From NCBI RefSeq assembly GCF_006345805.1, contig NC_043002.1, positions 18,600,001-18,664,000 of the forward strand: a stretch of DNA of 64,000 bases, given 5' to 3'. Source of the stretch: Octopus sinensis (taxonomy: Eukaryota). The translations under genes were made by a program, and so were the position numbers. Numbering within the stretch: position 1 is the first letter of the stretch; each line of letters opens with the position of its first letter. Below are positions 1 to 12,193 of this stretch, in pieces. Below the pieces are notes generated by a model. That model saw only the letters and a list, made by a program, of their open reading frames with translations. It ran no database searches and was not told where the DNA came from.

Positions 1-576
1 TTGTATTACTTCTCTTATTATTTTTTACTTGACATTTTGTGGGGAAGGGAAATTGTCACAATGCACTATGATATATATATTACGCAAATTAGTGGTGGGA
101 AAGACTCTTGCGCTACGGAATTTCGCATCACAACAATCTTTTCAAGAACGCAACACTTCGGTGTCGAAGTGGATTCCTATATATAACTTACGCACATACA
201 CACATACATATTCATATCTGTGCGCACAGATAAATATAAATATAAGAGAGTGACCACTATATGGTCGACTCTAGCGCTAAAAATAGATCCGCTATGGTCT
301 CTTATATTCATGTATAAATTTTTTATTGTATCCCTGGTTTTTATACGCTAAGCCACTCGGTGTTAAATTGATGGTATTATTAAATTAATATCCAATTTTT
401 CACCAATTTTTCATATATATATATATAAATAATAGTAAAAGAGAGAGAAACCATGCGTCTTCCTTCATAGTTGGACGTGAAACTAGTTTTGTATTAGCCA
501 CGCTAACCTTAAAATAGATTTCATTTATCTCGCTCGCCTTACATCATTTTCGTACCAAGGAGAATTGCCCTTGTTC

Positions 577-1136
<560 letters not shown>

Positions 1137-1137
<1 letters not shown>

Positions 1138-1180
1138 GGGGGGATGCTGAAAAGTTCCTGGCTTTAAGAGTATCTGGAAA
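1137..1180 (+). mobile_element. Mariner terminal inverted repeat remnant
   Basis: TA|CGGGGGGATGCTGAAAAGTTCCTGGCTTT; same terminus as at ~10090. Confidence 0.55.
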
Positions 1181-1819
1181 GTTTCTTTAACAAATTTTGT
1201 ATATGTCTTGTTGGGACAATCGGAGTGATGTTGAGATTTTAGACTTAGCGAATTTTGTGAACTTAGGAGTTCTCATACGATGTAGCAAAATGAAGTGAAC
1301 AAGTGACGTAGCTAGTATGATGAAGGGATTTTAAAACACCGAATTGTAGGGGAACTATATTCTGGAAAAAGACTCCATCTTACAAACTGAAGTTAAGACA
1401 TAAAGGCTGACAAAAAAATGTAATATCCTCCTGGAATGCTGGGGGGGGGGGAATGAAGGTTAATAGAGTATTATGGAGTGAGAAAAATTGTTTTATCTAT
1501 ATATTTGAAATGTAATATATAAACTTAGAATCAACCTACCTTAGCTTCTGCCAACGTGACTATACATTGAAACGATATCAGCAAGAAAAATCCCAAAGAT
1601 GCAAGATTTATGGAGAACATAAATTTCTTTAAAGACATTGACATTTTAACTGGTGATATAGTGGGGCAAATGATGCCTAAAAAGTGTATGAAATGTACTG
1701 ACAGGGCAGTTTCAGTAAATTCGTTTTTATACCAGCGGTGACGGATTTCTATATATGGCTATGTCTCTCTGATATATTATTATCACAAGCACAGCGACAT
1801 CGACGTATTTGCTTACGTC

Positions 1820-2200
1820 CGTGTGTGTGTGTATGTGTGTGTGTCTGTGTGAGTGTGTGTGGTGTGTGTGTGTGCGTGTGTGTGTATATATGTGTGTGTG
1901 TGTGTGTGTGTGTCTATGTGTATGTGTGTGTGCGTAAACGGTTGTACGTATAAGTGTGTATTTTAACAAAGCTTAAAAGGTCTAAATGCCTGAGTTGCAT
2001 GTGTTTCTATGTACGTATGTGTGCATGTATGTATATATATATGTATGTATGTATGTGTGTGTTTGTATGTATGTATGTATGTGTGTGTATGTATGTATGT
2101 ATGTATGTATGTATGCATGTATGTATATATGTATGTGTATGAGTTTGTATGTATGTATGCATGTATGTATTTATGCATGTATGTATGTACGTATGTATGT
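1820..2200. repeat. (GT)n and (TATG)n microsatellites
   Basis: Direct inspection. Confidence 0.97.
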
Positions 2201-2541
2201 GTAAAGGGCAATAAATAATTCAACCTAACTACGATCCATTCTTTGCCCCAATTTTCCACTTCTCACCCTCACTCTCTCTCCATTCTCTCTGCCACTCTGC
2301 TGTTCCTTTCTCACACCATCCGTATCTATTAATTACGTGCAATTTGTACCATTTACGCATGGTACCTTTAACAAAGTGAAGATATGAAACGTGATCTGGA
2401 CCAGTAGTTGCTTTCTATGCTTATGTAAGTAGAGCAGAGGCTAAAATGGTTCAATACATGAGCAACAAAAGTTTAACTACGAATCCTAATATTGGGAAAC
2501 AATGGTTTTAAAATGAAGTTTTGTGTATAAACTCGCTATAT

Positions 2542-2543
<2 letters not shown>

Positions 2544-2597
<54 letters not shown>

Positions 2598-3012
2598 ACT
2601 CTTTTACTTGTTTCAGTCATTTGACTGCGGCCATGCTGGAGCACCGCCTTTAATCGAGCAACTCGACCCCGGCACTTATTCTTTTGTAAGCCCAGTACTT
2701 ATTCTATCGGTTGTCTTTTGCCGAACCGCTAAGTAACGGGGACATAAACACACCGGCATCGGTTGTCAAGCAATGCTAGGGGGACAAACACACTCACACA
2801 AACACACACACGCATATATATATATATATATATACATATATATGACGGGCTTTTTTCAGTTTCCGTCTACCAAATCCACTCACAAGGCTTTGGTCGGCCC
2901 GAGGCTATAGTAGATGACACTTGCCCAAGGTGCCACGCAGTGGGACTGAACCCGGAACCATGTGGTTGGTAAACAAGCTACTTACCACACAGCCACTCCT
3001 GCGCCTCCAGGA
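2544..3012 (-). mobile_element. Full-length tRNA-derived SINE (family A) with a (GA)n tail and 19-bp TSD
   Basis: A/B-box head GGAGTGGCTGTGTGG...GGTTCAGTCCC; TSD GTATAAACTCGCTATATTA at 2525-2543 / 3013-3031. Other copies at ~18360, 27415, 29375, 35530, 40850, 46730, 49920, 55405 and 58950. Confidence 0.92.
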
Positions 3013-3534
3013 GTATAAACTCGCTATATTATTATCATTTTCACTAGTTTTATTATTATCATTTTTCTTTTGTGTGTGTTTTCACTGCACTGCCGAGAGT
3101 AGGTGTTTGTGCCTTGAGTTTGAGCTGTGTTTTGTTTGCATTTTGTTATTTTTACACTATTGACAGTTCTCTACGCAAGATGTGTACGGTTTTTAAGGGA
3201 AGTATAGGGATTTTTATATGTCCAGCTCTCATATAGCTTTTTTCTATTTCCACTTCTTTACATTTAGATATTGAACGTATAAATTCACTTTCAATACGTT
3301 TCAGTGGATTCGAAAGTGAATACGTCAATCACTGTTGTATTTCGTCTTCGGAGAACACCACTTTTTAGAAGATGTTTATTGATAGCACACTCGATTCATT
3401 AATATAAATGGGCAGTAAGAGCTAGTAGTGACCCTCATGAAACGGTGTGCCGAGTGACATCGCTGTTTTTACTTCACAACTTATGGAATTTCTGTCTTTC
3501 TGATCACGTTTTTGCTGTAGTCTGCGATTTTGTC

Positions 3535-4460
3535 ATGGACAGGAAGTTGGAACAAAGATCCACCATAAAATTTTGCGTTAAACTTGAGAAGTCTGTTACA
3601 GAGACATTGAGCATGCTTCGGCAAGCTTACGGCGACGAGGCATTGTATCGTAGGCAATGTTTCGAGAGGCACAGCTGCTTCAAACGCAGAAGAACGTCCC
3701 TGGAAGACGATGAGCGATCTGGAAGACCCACCACGAGCGGCAACCCCGGAAATGTGGGAAAAAATTCATCAACTTGCGCATAGGAGGACAATCAACGACA
3801 TTGCTGATGTTGATAGTCTATTGTACGGGTCCGTGCAGGGAATCCTAACGTCTGAATTGAACATGCGGCGTGCCTGTGACAAGTTTGTCTCCCGCCTGCT
3901 AACCCACTGAGCAGAACGAACATCGCATCGAAATCTGTCAAGATCTCTGTCAGCGTGCCGCTGATGACCCATCCTTCATGTCGGGAATCATTACTGGTGA
4001 CGAGAGTTGGGTTTACGGAGACGATTCTGAGACGATGAGGTCTTCATCTCTTCGACCAAAGACAGCACGACAGAGCCGCAGCTCAATCAAGAGCATGCTA
4101 ATAGTTTTTTTTTTGGCTTTTTTTTTTTTTTGACATCATGTTATTGTGCATCGAGAATTCATCCTCCAGAGCTAGACTGTCAATTGAGAATTCCACCACG
4201 ACGTTTTAAAGCGTTTGAGGGAGGACATTCGGTGAAAACAGTCGGATCTCTGGAGCATGAAGAATAGGATTCGTTGCAACATCAGTACACCGAGCTCTCC
4301 CCATTCATGGTATCACTTCGGACCCGCCCTATTCGCCAGATTTAGCACCTGCAGACTTCCGTTTCTTTCCCAAGATGAAAATGCAGCTCAAAGGTCGCCG
4401 TTTTAACACTGTTGCCGAGATTCAGAGCGAATCGCAGAAGGTTTTCGACAAACTTACGGA
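3535..4460 (+). mobile_element. Degenerate mariner (DD34D) transposase
   Basis: MDRKLEQRSTIKFCVKLEKS...LEDDERSGRP, ITGDESWVYG (~3990-4019), PYSPDLAPADF (~4327-4359); frameshifts and stops. Confidence 0.92.
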
Positions 4461-4489
4461 TTAGAAAGCATAGTTTTCCTGGTGGACCT

Positions 4490-5160
4490 TGAGCAATATC
4501 AGGTAGTTTGATCTTGATTATTTTCTTTTTATGTATGCATATTGGCATATCCCAGAGTATAGTGGCATTCTCATTCTCCGACTTTTTGCGATATCTGTTT
4601 ATGCTACCTCTTTTCTACTGGTATCTATAATGCATAACTTCCAGAGTATTTAAGTCCTAGCTCTGTCATCTCTGTGAGTATATTCTTTCTTAGTTTACCC
4701 TGGGCAGCAAAATACAATATGGTTGTTTCTTCCTCAACTCCACGGATTCTATAGTTATATTATTTTACTGCATTATGTTTTTTATGGTTTCTGGTTTGAG
4801 TTTTGCATTTAAGTTGTAACGAAGAACCCTTCAAGTTTCTGTTCTGAGTCCTGTGCCTCTCTATCGCTGTTGCAAATTGGTTTTATCTACTTCCTCTATA
4901 TTCATTTTTTGTTTATTTTTGCTTGTTCTTTTCTTTATTTGGGGGGATTTTCAGCTATTGGCCGACTTGATGGTCATCGTTTCATCAAGGCTCCATTTTT
5001 AGCTTAGATTTTAACATTTTAGCAATTATTGATTTTCTTTTTTTCTCCATATCTATCGGCCATTGCGGTATCTTTTTTTTAACTCTATTTTGTAGCTTCC
5101 TTCACAGAAAACAGAGAGCTCTTTTTCTTTTGTATGCGATTTGTAGTCGTTGATACAAAT
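4490..5160 (-). mobile_element. Degenerate R4/Dong-like (restriction-like endonuclease) LINE fragment
   Basis: Translates ...KVGENENATILWDMPI...KIKLPDI, resembling the ILWD...N(R)PD segment of RLE LINEs; A-rich coding strand. Confidence 0.65.
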
Positions 5161-5261
5161 TTTCAATAATTTTTAAACAAGATACTTTTATAGTCCTACA
5201 GTGGATATTTTATAATAGTTTTCTGATCGCGTTAGATCTCTACCATTCACGGTAAATATTT

Positions 5262-5510
5262 TCTTCCATTGTGGCGACTGATGCTTCGTCTCAGAGTCGT
5301 CCCCGTAAACGTCACTGGTGATGATTCTCGACATGAAGGACGGGTCATCAGCGGTACGCTGACGGAGATCTTGACAGATTTCGACGCGATATTTTTTCTG
5401 CTCAGTGGTCCAGCAGGCGGGGGACAAACTTGACAGGGGTACGCTGCTTGTTCGATTCAGACGTTAGGATTGCCTGCACGGACTCATGCGACAGGCTATC
5501 AACATCAGTG
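5262..5510 (-). mobile_element. Second fragment of the same mariner family, in inverted orientation
   Basis: RVEICQDLRQRTADDPSFMSRIITSD; homologous to ~3800-4040. Confidence 0.85.
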
Positions 5511-7539
5511 TAGACTAAATGCAATCATTATTTTTCTCGTCTGCCCTCACGCCGGGCAAAATGCTTAGCGGCATTTCGTAAGTCTTTACGTTCTGAGTTC
5601 AAATTCCGCCGAGGTCGACTTTGCCTTTCATCCTTTCGGGGTCGATGAAATAAGTACCAGTTACGCACTGGGATCGATGTAATAGACTATCTCCCTCCTT
5701 CAAAATGTCAGGCCTTGTGCCTATAGCAGAAAGGATTATTTTTCTCATTTTTTTCTGTCTAGTGTCGCAAGTTCATTTAGCGTCCAATCAAAAATATCAT
5801 AACTTAAACTCATTACTAGAACAACTGGAGTAGTGATGTATATCACTTTATTTAGCTCTGTTTTAAGCATTAATATAATGTCTTTAATACTCCTTCCTTA
5901 TCTAAGGCGGTGAGCTAGCAGAATCGTTATCGCGCAGGCCAAAATGCTTAGCGGTATTTCGTCCGCCTTTACGTACTGAGTTCAAATTCCGACTTTGCCT
6001 TTCATCCTTCCAGGGTCAATAAAATAAATACCAGTTGAACACTGGGGTCGATGTAATCGATTTACCTCCTCGCCCGAAATTGCTGGCCTTGTACCAAAAT
6101 TTGAAATCAATATTCCTTCCTTATCTTAACTTTCCTTAGTTGTGTGCTGTACATTGTGTCCTTAATTCTTAATTAATTCTATATCTTATCTCAGTTTCAT
6201 TATCTAGCACAATATCAGTATCCTTAATGAGTTTTCCTCTTGAAACATTTCTCTAATCTAAATATCATATTAATTACTTTGGTACATCCAAGTACTGCTT
6301 GCTGTAACATTTCTAGTTGTTTGACATTCGCAAACTACAACTTGAGGTCAACAATATATATAAATGATGGTTGATTGTCTCTTACCTTAGCATACTTATG
6401 TAAAATGAAACAAAGGAACTTTGATAAGACACTGACAAAAGAGAATTTTATGAAGAAATTCTATCTCTATAAGTTCCTTTGTCTCATTTTACCTTCATTA
6501 ATAAAAAGTTGCGTAACTTGTTTATTATTCACACAAAATAATAAATCAGCATTATTTTTTTAAATGATGAGTGAACGTGTTAAATCTGGCCGCATCTGAC
6601 TAACTGAAATTTAAAAGAGTATCGTAACTCCTTTAGTTTAATTTCTTCAAAAGCAAATTTCAATCCTCTGACTGCCAACAACCCGGATATGCACCTTAGC
6701 ACCAGCTGCTACACTGCACCACCTGCACCAAGGTCACTGCTACCAACCAACCCCATGAACAGGACATCCGTTTACCAATCTCCAACGCATACCAACCCCA
6801 ACGCTTACCAATTCTCAAAGATTACCAATCTCCAACACTTGTTTTGCGCATGTATACTTGCAGACGCGTGCATGTGCATGCAAATGTGCTCGCACATGCA
6901 TGTGTGCGCGCACACTGGTGTGCATGCGTACATGCATGTGTTTTCCATTTTGCATTCCTTTGTGTGTTAAGACGCTGTTTATCAAAAATTATTTCCGACA
7001 TCTCACAGTGATAGTCTGTTTAGCCTATATTTTCTTGTATACTGTTAATTGTCGGAGACAAGATTTTCCAAGTATTTCACGACAGGTCTTTTCTCGGGTA
7101 TGATAACATTTGTAGATAACGAGTGTCTTAATGAAAACTTTCCTATGTATTTCATAGTAAACTTATTTCACTCGAGTTCGTATTCGTTTGTGTTATGCTA
7201 AAAACTCGTAGACAAATATTTTCTACATATTTCACAGTGGTAGGTCTTTCCTATGTTGTATGACGATTTCATATCCCAATTCAAATACTATGACGATTTC
7301 ATTTTCCAAATAGTGTGTTTCTTACAAACTTTACATGGATATTTCTGTGTAATTATCATCTTCGGTTAAACGTAAAACACTTCACAATGAAAAGATTTCT
7401 TATTACAATATCACTGCCTGATACATCATTTTACTTCAAGAGATTCCAAGTTCAACAGTTTGATGTTGTAAGGGCTGTTGTTATGGCGGTTATGCCAGTG
7501 CTGATGAAAACCATGGAACAAGAAAAATGACAGTACACA

Positions 7540-8315
7540 AGAGAAACTGCAAGAGTAAACACAGCTCTCATGGTAAGGTGCTATTTTATTAGAAGTAACT
7601 TCCCAAAGTGCCATCTGAATTTGGCACAACGGACCAAAAAGCTATTCGTTAATTTCCCAGAAGCTAAAACAAAACATCCGTGATATCTGAAGCTCGAGTA
7701 ATTTCACACGAAAACACTAAAACAAGCCAGCCATGCTCTTTGCAGATGATGTTGCTTTTGTTGCACACACAGAGACATCCCTGCAATGCATCACTTCTTG
7801 CTGTGCAGAAGGTACTCGGCCTAGAGAAACTAGTATGTAAGAGCAAACACAACTCTCATGGCAAGGCACTATTTTATTAGAAGTCGACAGTAGTAATATA
7901 CAGTCCTTTGTTCTGCTCTCTGCATTTTTCTTGGAGCTGTCTAAGAATAAAGACCAAGTTGGTGGGGCTCCTGTTCGCTTTAAAACCAAGCTAAGATTCT
8001 GGGAGGTTTTCTTCTGCAAAGGCAAATTTTAGCCTGTTAAAGAAAAGTACTATACTGACCTGTGCAGCCTGCCACAAGACACTCCAGTGGATGACGAGGT
8101 CATCATCCTTGGTGGCATCAACACCACAGAAGGCTAAGATTCAAAAGCCTAGAAAGGAGTTCTTGGAAAACATGATGTTGGAAATTGCAAAGACCATGAG
8201 CGGCTTCAGTTGGAGTTTTTGCATGGAACTGCATCTAAGTATCATCAACAGTCTCTTTTCCGGGAGAAAGATGATCTCAAGACCAGCTGGATGCATCCTC
8301 AGTCCGATCACATCA
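7540..8315 (+). mobile_element. Rearranged RTE/BovB-like LINE fragments (RT piece plus AP-endonuclease piece)
   Basis: MLFADDVAFVAHTETSLQ at ~7733. KEKYYTDL...VIILG...WKGVLGKH.VGNC...KTSWMHP at ~8035-8305, across frameshifts. Confidence 0.75.
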
Positions 8316-8429
8316 AAAATATATATGTGAAAATATAAATTTTCAATGCGTAAATATATAATGTATAAAAAGAAATATATAACATCAAAATACATAAATA
8401 AATAAACAAAATATTTTTTAAAGATAATT

Positions 8430-8506
8430 TTTATTTGATTTCTACGTAAAGTTCATTGATAAAAAATATCTATTTTAGATAACTGCAAATAATTGTTCTT
8501 TTTATT
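8430..8506 (-). terminator. Candidate MRPS22 polyadenylation signals (AATAAA at 8506-8501 and 8435-8430)
   Basis: AATAAA hexamers just downstream of the stop on the minus strand; AT-rich context makes chance matches likely. Confidence 0.4.
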
Positions 8507-8524
8507 TTTTCGTTTTTAAAATCA

Positions 8525-8632
8525 TTATGACACCCTGGATTCTTGATATTCTTCACCATTTAGTTTGTCTTCATGCACTTGCAGAGTCAACTCTAGGCGA
8601 GGCTTCTCTGTGGAACTGGTAACACAAAAGAT
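8525..8632 (-). CDS. MRPS22: MRPS22 exon 8 (last coding exon)
   Basis: ttttttcacag acceptor; IFCVTSSTEKPRLELTLQVHEDKLNGEEYQESRVS*; TAA at 8527-8525. Confidence 0.9.
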   Translation of the reverse strand: MFCVTSSTEKPRLELTLQVHEDKLNGEEYQESRVS

Positions 8633-9988
8633 CTGTGAAAAAACAAAATAAACATGAAGAGATCAAATTTTTAAAATGCCACAGGAATTTCAAGGGTTAG
8701 GGATTTTACAATGCTTTATCAGAATTTGATACTTTAGATCCTTTATTTTTTAAATGGTTTCAGTCATCTGACCATGGTCACACTTTTGATACTGATTTTA
8801 TTGCTCTTGGAAGGCAGAAAAGCAGTATCAACCTGAGAAAGGAAGGACGTAAGCAAAAACCATAGTATATTTTATCCATTGCTCTACCAATTCTGCTTTC
8901 CATTCATCTATCATCATCATCATCAGATAGAGTTTATTGAGAGATTTTCTACAGCCAGATTTCTCATTCTGTTGTCAATACTCATCTGATTCCAAGCAAG
9001 GTAATATTTCTATGTGACCAAGGTGGCGAGATAGCAGAAATGTTAGCACACCGGGCGAAATGCTTAGCAGTATTTCATCAGTCTTTACATTCCAAGTTCA
9101 AATTCTGCCGAGGTCATCTTTGCCTTTCATCTTTTCGGGGTCAATAAATTGAATACCAGTTGCATACTGGGGTCAATCTAATCAACTGGCCTCCCTCCCC
9201 CAAAATTTCAGGCCTTGTGCCTAGAGTAGTAAAGAATATTTCTACATGACCATCATGTTTCCCAGAATACAAGAAATGAATGACATTGCTTTGTGTAACA
9301 GTAACACTCATTTACAGAACTGAGTACCCATGTGACACCTTATAGCTTCGTCAGAGCCATATTGAAATGTAAGTATATTGGCTTCCAACAACTGCTTTAT
9401 AGCATCACTATCGCTAAGCAGAGTCACAATCGTCATCATCGTATTGAACATTCACTTTCCCATACTTGCATGAGTTGATCAGAATTTATTGAAGTAAACT
9501 TTTGAGGGACTGATGCTATTCCTGTCACCAACCTATTTCCAAACAAGGGAGTATTTCCCTATGGCCTGCCATGTTTTCAAAGATTACTGAAAATGAATGA
9601 CTGCTTATATGATAGTGATATGCATTTACAAGTATTATGTGATGTTAAGACAAGGGGTAAACATTCACATATCTATATATATTTGAATAGTAACCAAGAG
9701 TGTAATAGGTAGAACTATATACAGATCCAACTTTGTGCAGACATCTTAGTATATAGTTCTGCAAATTATATTTGTTCGGACGGTCAGACCGAAGATCTAC
9801 AAATTGCGTAAGTAAAATTACATAATATGTTAATAGTGGAACATGTATGTGAATAATCCATATTTTTGTTGCTTTTCTTTTGTCTTGCTCGGTTACATTC
9901 TGTTGTTTGCTGAATTTTTCTTGAGAACATTTCTTAGTGGTAAGACCATAGCAGATCTACTTCTAGCATAAGGGTCATCCCTCTCATA

Positions 9989-10046
<58 letters not shown>

Positions 10047-12126
10047 ATATATATACACATACATATATATATATATACACACACACATATCAGGGAAGAG
10101 TTCCTGGCTTTGGGTTAAAGAAAATTACAGAAGGATCAGTTGATTATGATTTTATTGAACATATACCTCTCTCAGATTCACACACATATTGCAGCAGTAC
10201 TTCAGTTTTTCTAAGCCTTGGCTCCCATGCATGTGGGATGTAAAAAGCACCCACTACACTCTCAGAGTGGTTGGTGTTAGGAAGGGCATCCAGCTGGAGA
10301 ATCCTTACCAAATCATACTCGAGCCTGGGGCAGCCAACTGGCTTGCCAGACCTCAGTCAAACCGTCCAACCCATGCCAGCATGAAAAACAGACATTTAAA
10401 AATGATGATGATGATGATAGTGTAAAGGAACTCGGAAGATTGGATCCTCAACCAGGTCTTTCATGATATCCTTTAAGCATCTCCTTGTATATATATATAT
10501 ATATACTCGTGACCGATGCCAGCACCGCCTCGACTGGCTTCCGTGCCGGTGGCACATAAAATACACCAATCCGACCGTGGCCGTTGCCAGCCTCACCTGG
10601 CACCTGTGCAGGTGGCACGTAAAAAGCACCCACTACACTCACGGAGTGGTTGGCGTTACGAAGGGCATCCAGCTGTAGAAACATTGCCAGATAAGACTGG
10701 AGCCTGGTGCAGCCTTCTGGCTTCCCAGATCCCCGGTCAAGCCGTCCAACCCATGCTAGCATGGAGAACGGACGTTAAACGATGATGATGATGATGATGA
10801 TATATATATATATATATATAATTGAAAAAGTTGGACATTTATTTTTTAATCACTACAATTGTTTCCACACAACACTCTATTATGTTCTTAACAGAATAAA
10901 CCATAACTATGTGTGTATATACACACACACACACACACACGTAAAGATGAGCTTCTTTCAGTTTCCCTCAAGCAAATCCACTTACAAGGCTTTGGTTAGC
11001 CTGGGGCTACAGTAAATATAGTCTTTGTATAAAATAAAACACTAATACTTACGTTTCATGCCATGAATTTAACACTGTACAGTTTACAAACGTTATAAAA
11101 TTATGCTTATTTCAGACGGAAGCACATTTCATATAGATATATCCAGTCAATGTTTATCACATAAGCATAAAACAAACAGTTGCACTATCTTTACTTTTTA
11201 CCTGACAATATAGTTATAGTATATTTAAACTCTGCAAATTTCCACTCCAACAGATCGCCTCTTCCTTGTTAATTCGCTCTGTGTCTTATTATTCCGTGAT
11301 CTGATTCATCACTTTAATTCAGCTAGTTGTACAAGTGACTTTTCTGCTACTTAGAATTTTCTTTTGTTTATTCATGAAATTTTCTTAACTAGCTAGTATT
11401 TCATATATAACAACCCCATGTGCAGCTATAAGGGAAAGAACCCTACACACTGACGGTCAGTTATCAAGTTGCGTCCCTTCCATGTGTAGTGGATACACTA
11501 TATACTTGCGTATAAGTGTTAACTGTAGGTACAAAATATTTTTCCGTCATAGTTTTAGGTTCGACTCGTGTAAGCTTCACCCCAATTTTTCATCCAGTTA
11601 AAAATCAAGAGTAAAACAATGTTACTTTTATATGAATAAATACAGTAATATTATACCACCTGTTTATCTGAGGCATGAAACTCGTAAATGACTGAGGTAA
11701 TATCTCTTAATGGGAAGGTAAAAAATCATGCCAAGAGCTCCATGTTTGGCAGTCTGTCAATGACACTTGAACCACATGTTTTTATTCACTTAGTCTATAG
11801 GAAGAATTTTGTTCTCAAAAACAAAATCTTGCAGTGAATGCAGGAACATATTAAAAATAAGTGTACACTATTTACATTTACATATATATATATAAGGATC
11901 ATTATTTATATATCGATTTTATCAAGTGGCCAGCATGGGAATATAAAAGCCTTCAAAGGTAATAATTTTTATTAAAATTATAATTTAGGGTATCTAAGAG
12001 ATACTGCCACGCTGGAAATAGTACCCTAAACTTGACTCTAAACCCACATTAAATGTTTAATGTGGTTTTAGAGTCAAGTTTAGGCTGCTATTTCCAGTGT
12101 GGTGGTATCTCTTAGATACCCTAAAT

Positions 12127-12193
<67 letters not shown>

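Noticed and set aside
6564-6608. Box C/D-like ATGATGA...CTGA
   Set aside because: Boxes are only ~30 nt apart, there is no terminal stem, and it is not in a host intron.
9893-10084. ORF ...YERDDPYARSRSAMVLPLRNVLKKNSANNRM as a possible MRPS22 last exon
   Set aside because: No acceptor and no similarity to mS22; the exon at 8632-8525 fits both frame and homology.
11250-11322. Minus-strand GTGATGA in MRPS22 intron 7 as a snoRNA
   Set aside because: The matching box D reads CTGT, and I recognise no rRNA guide.
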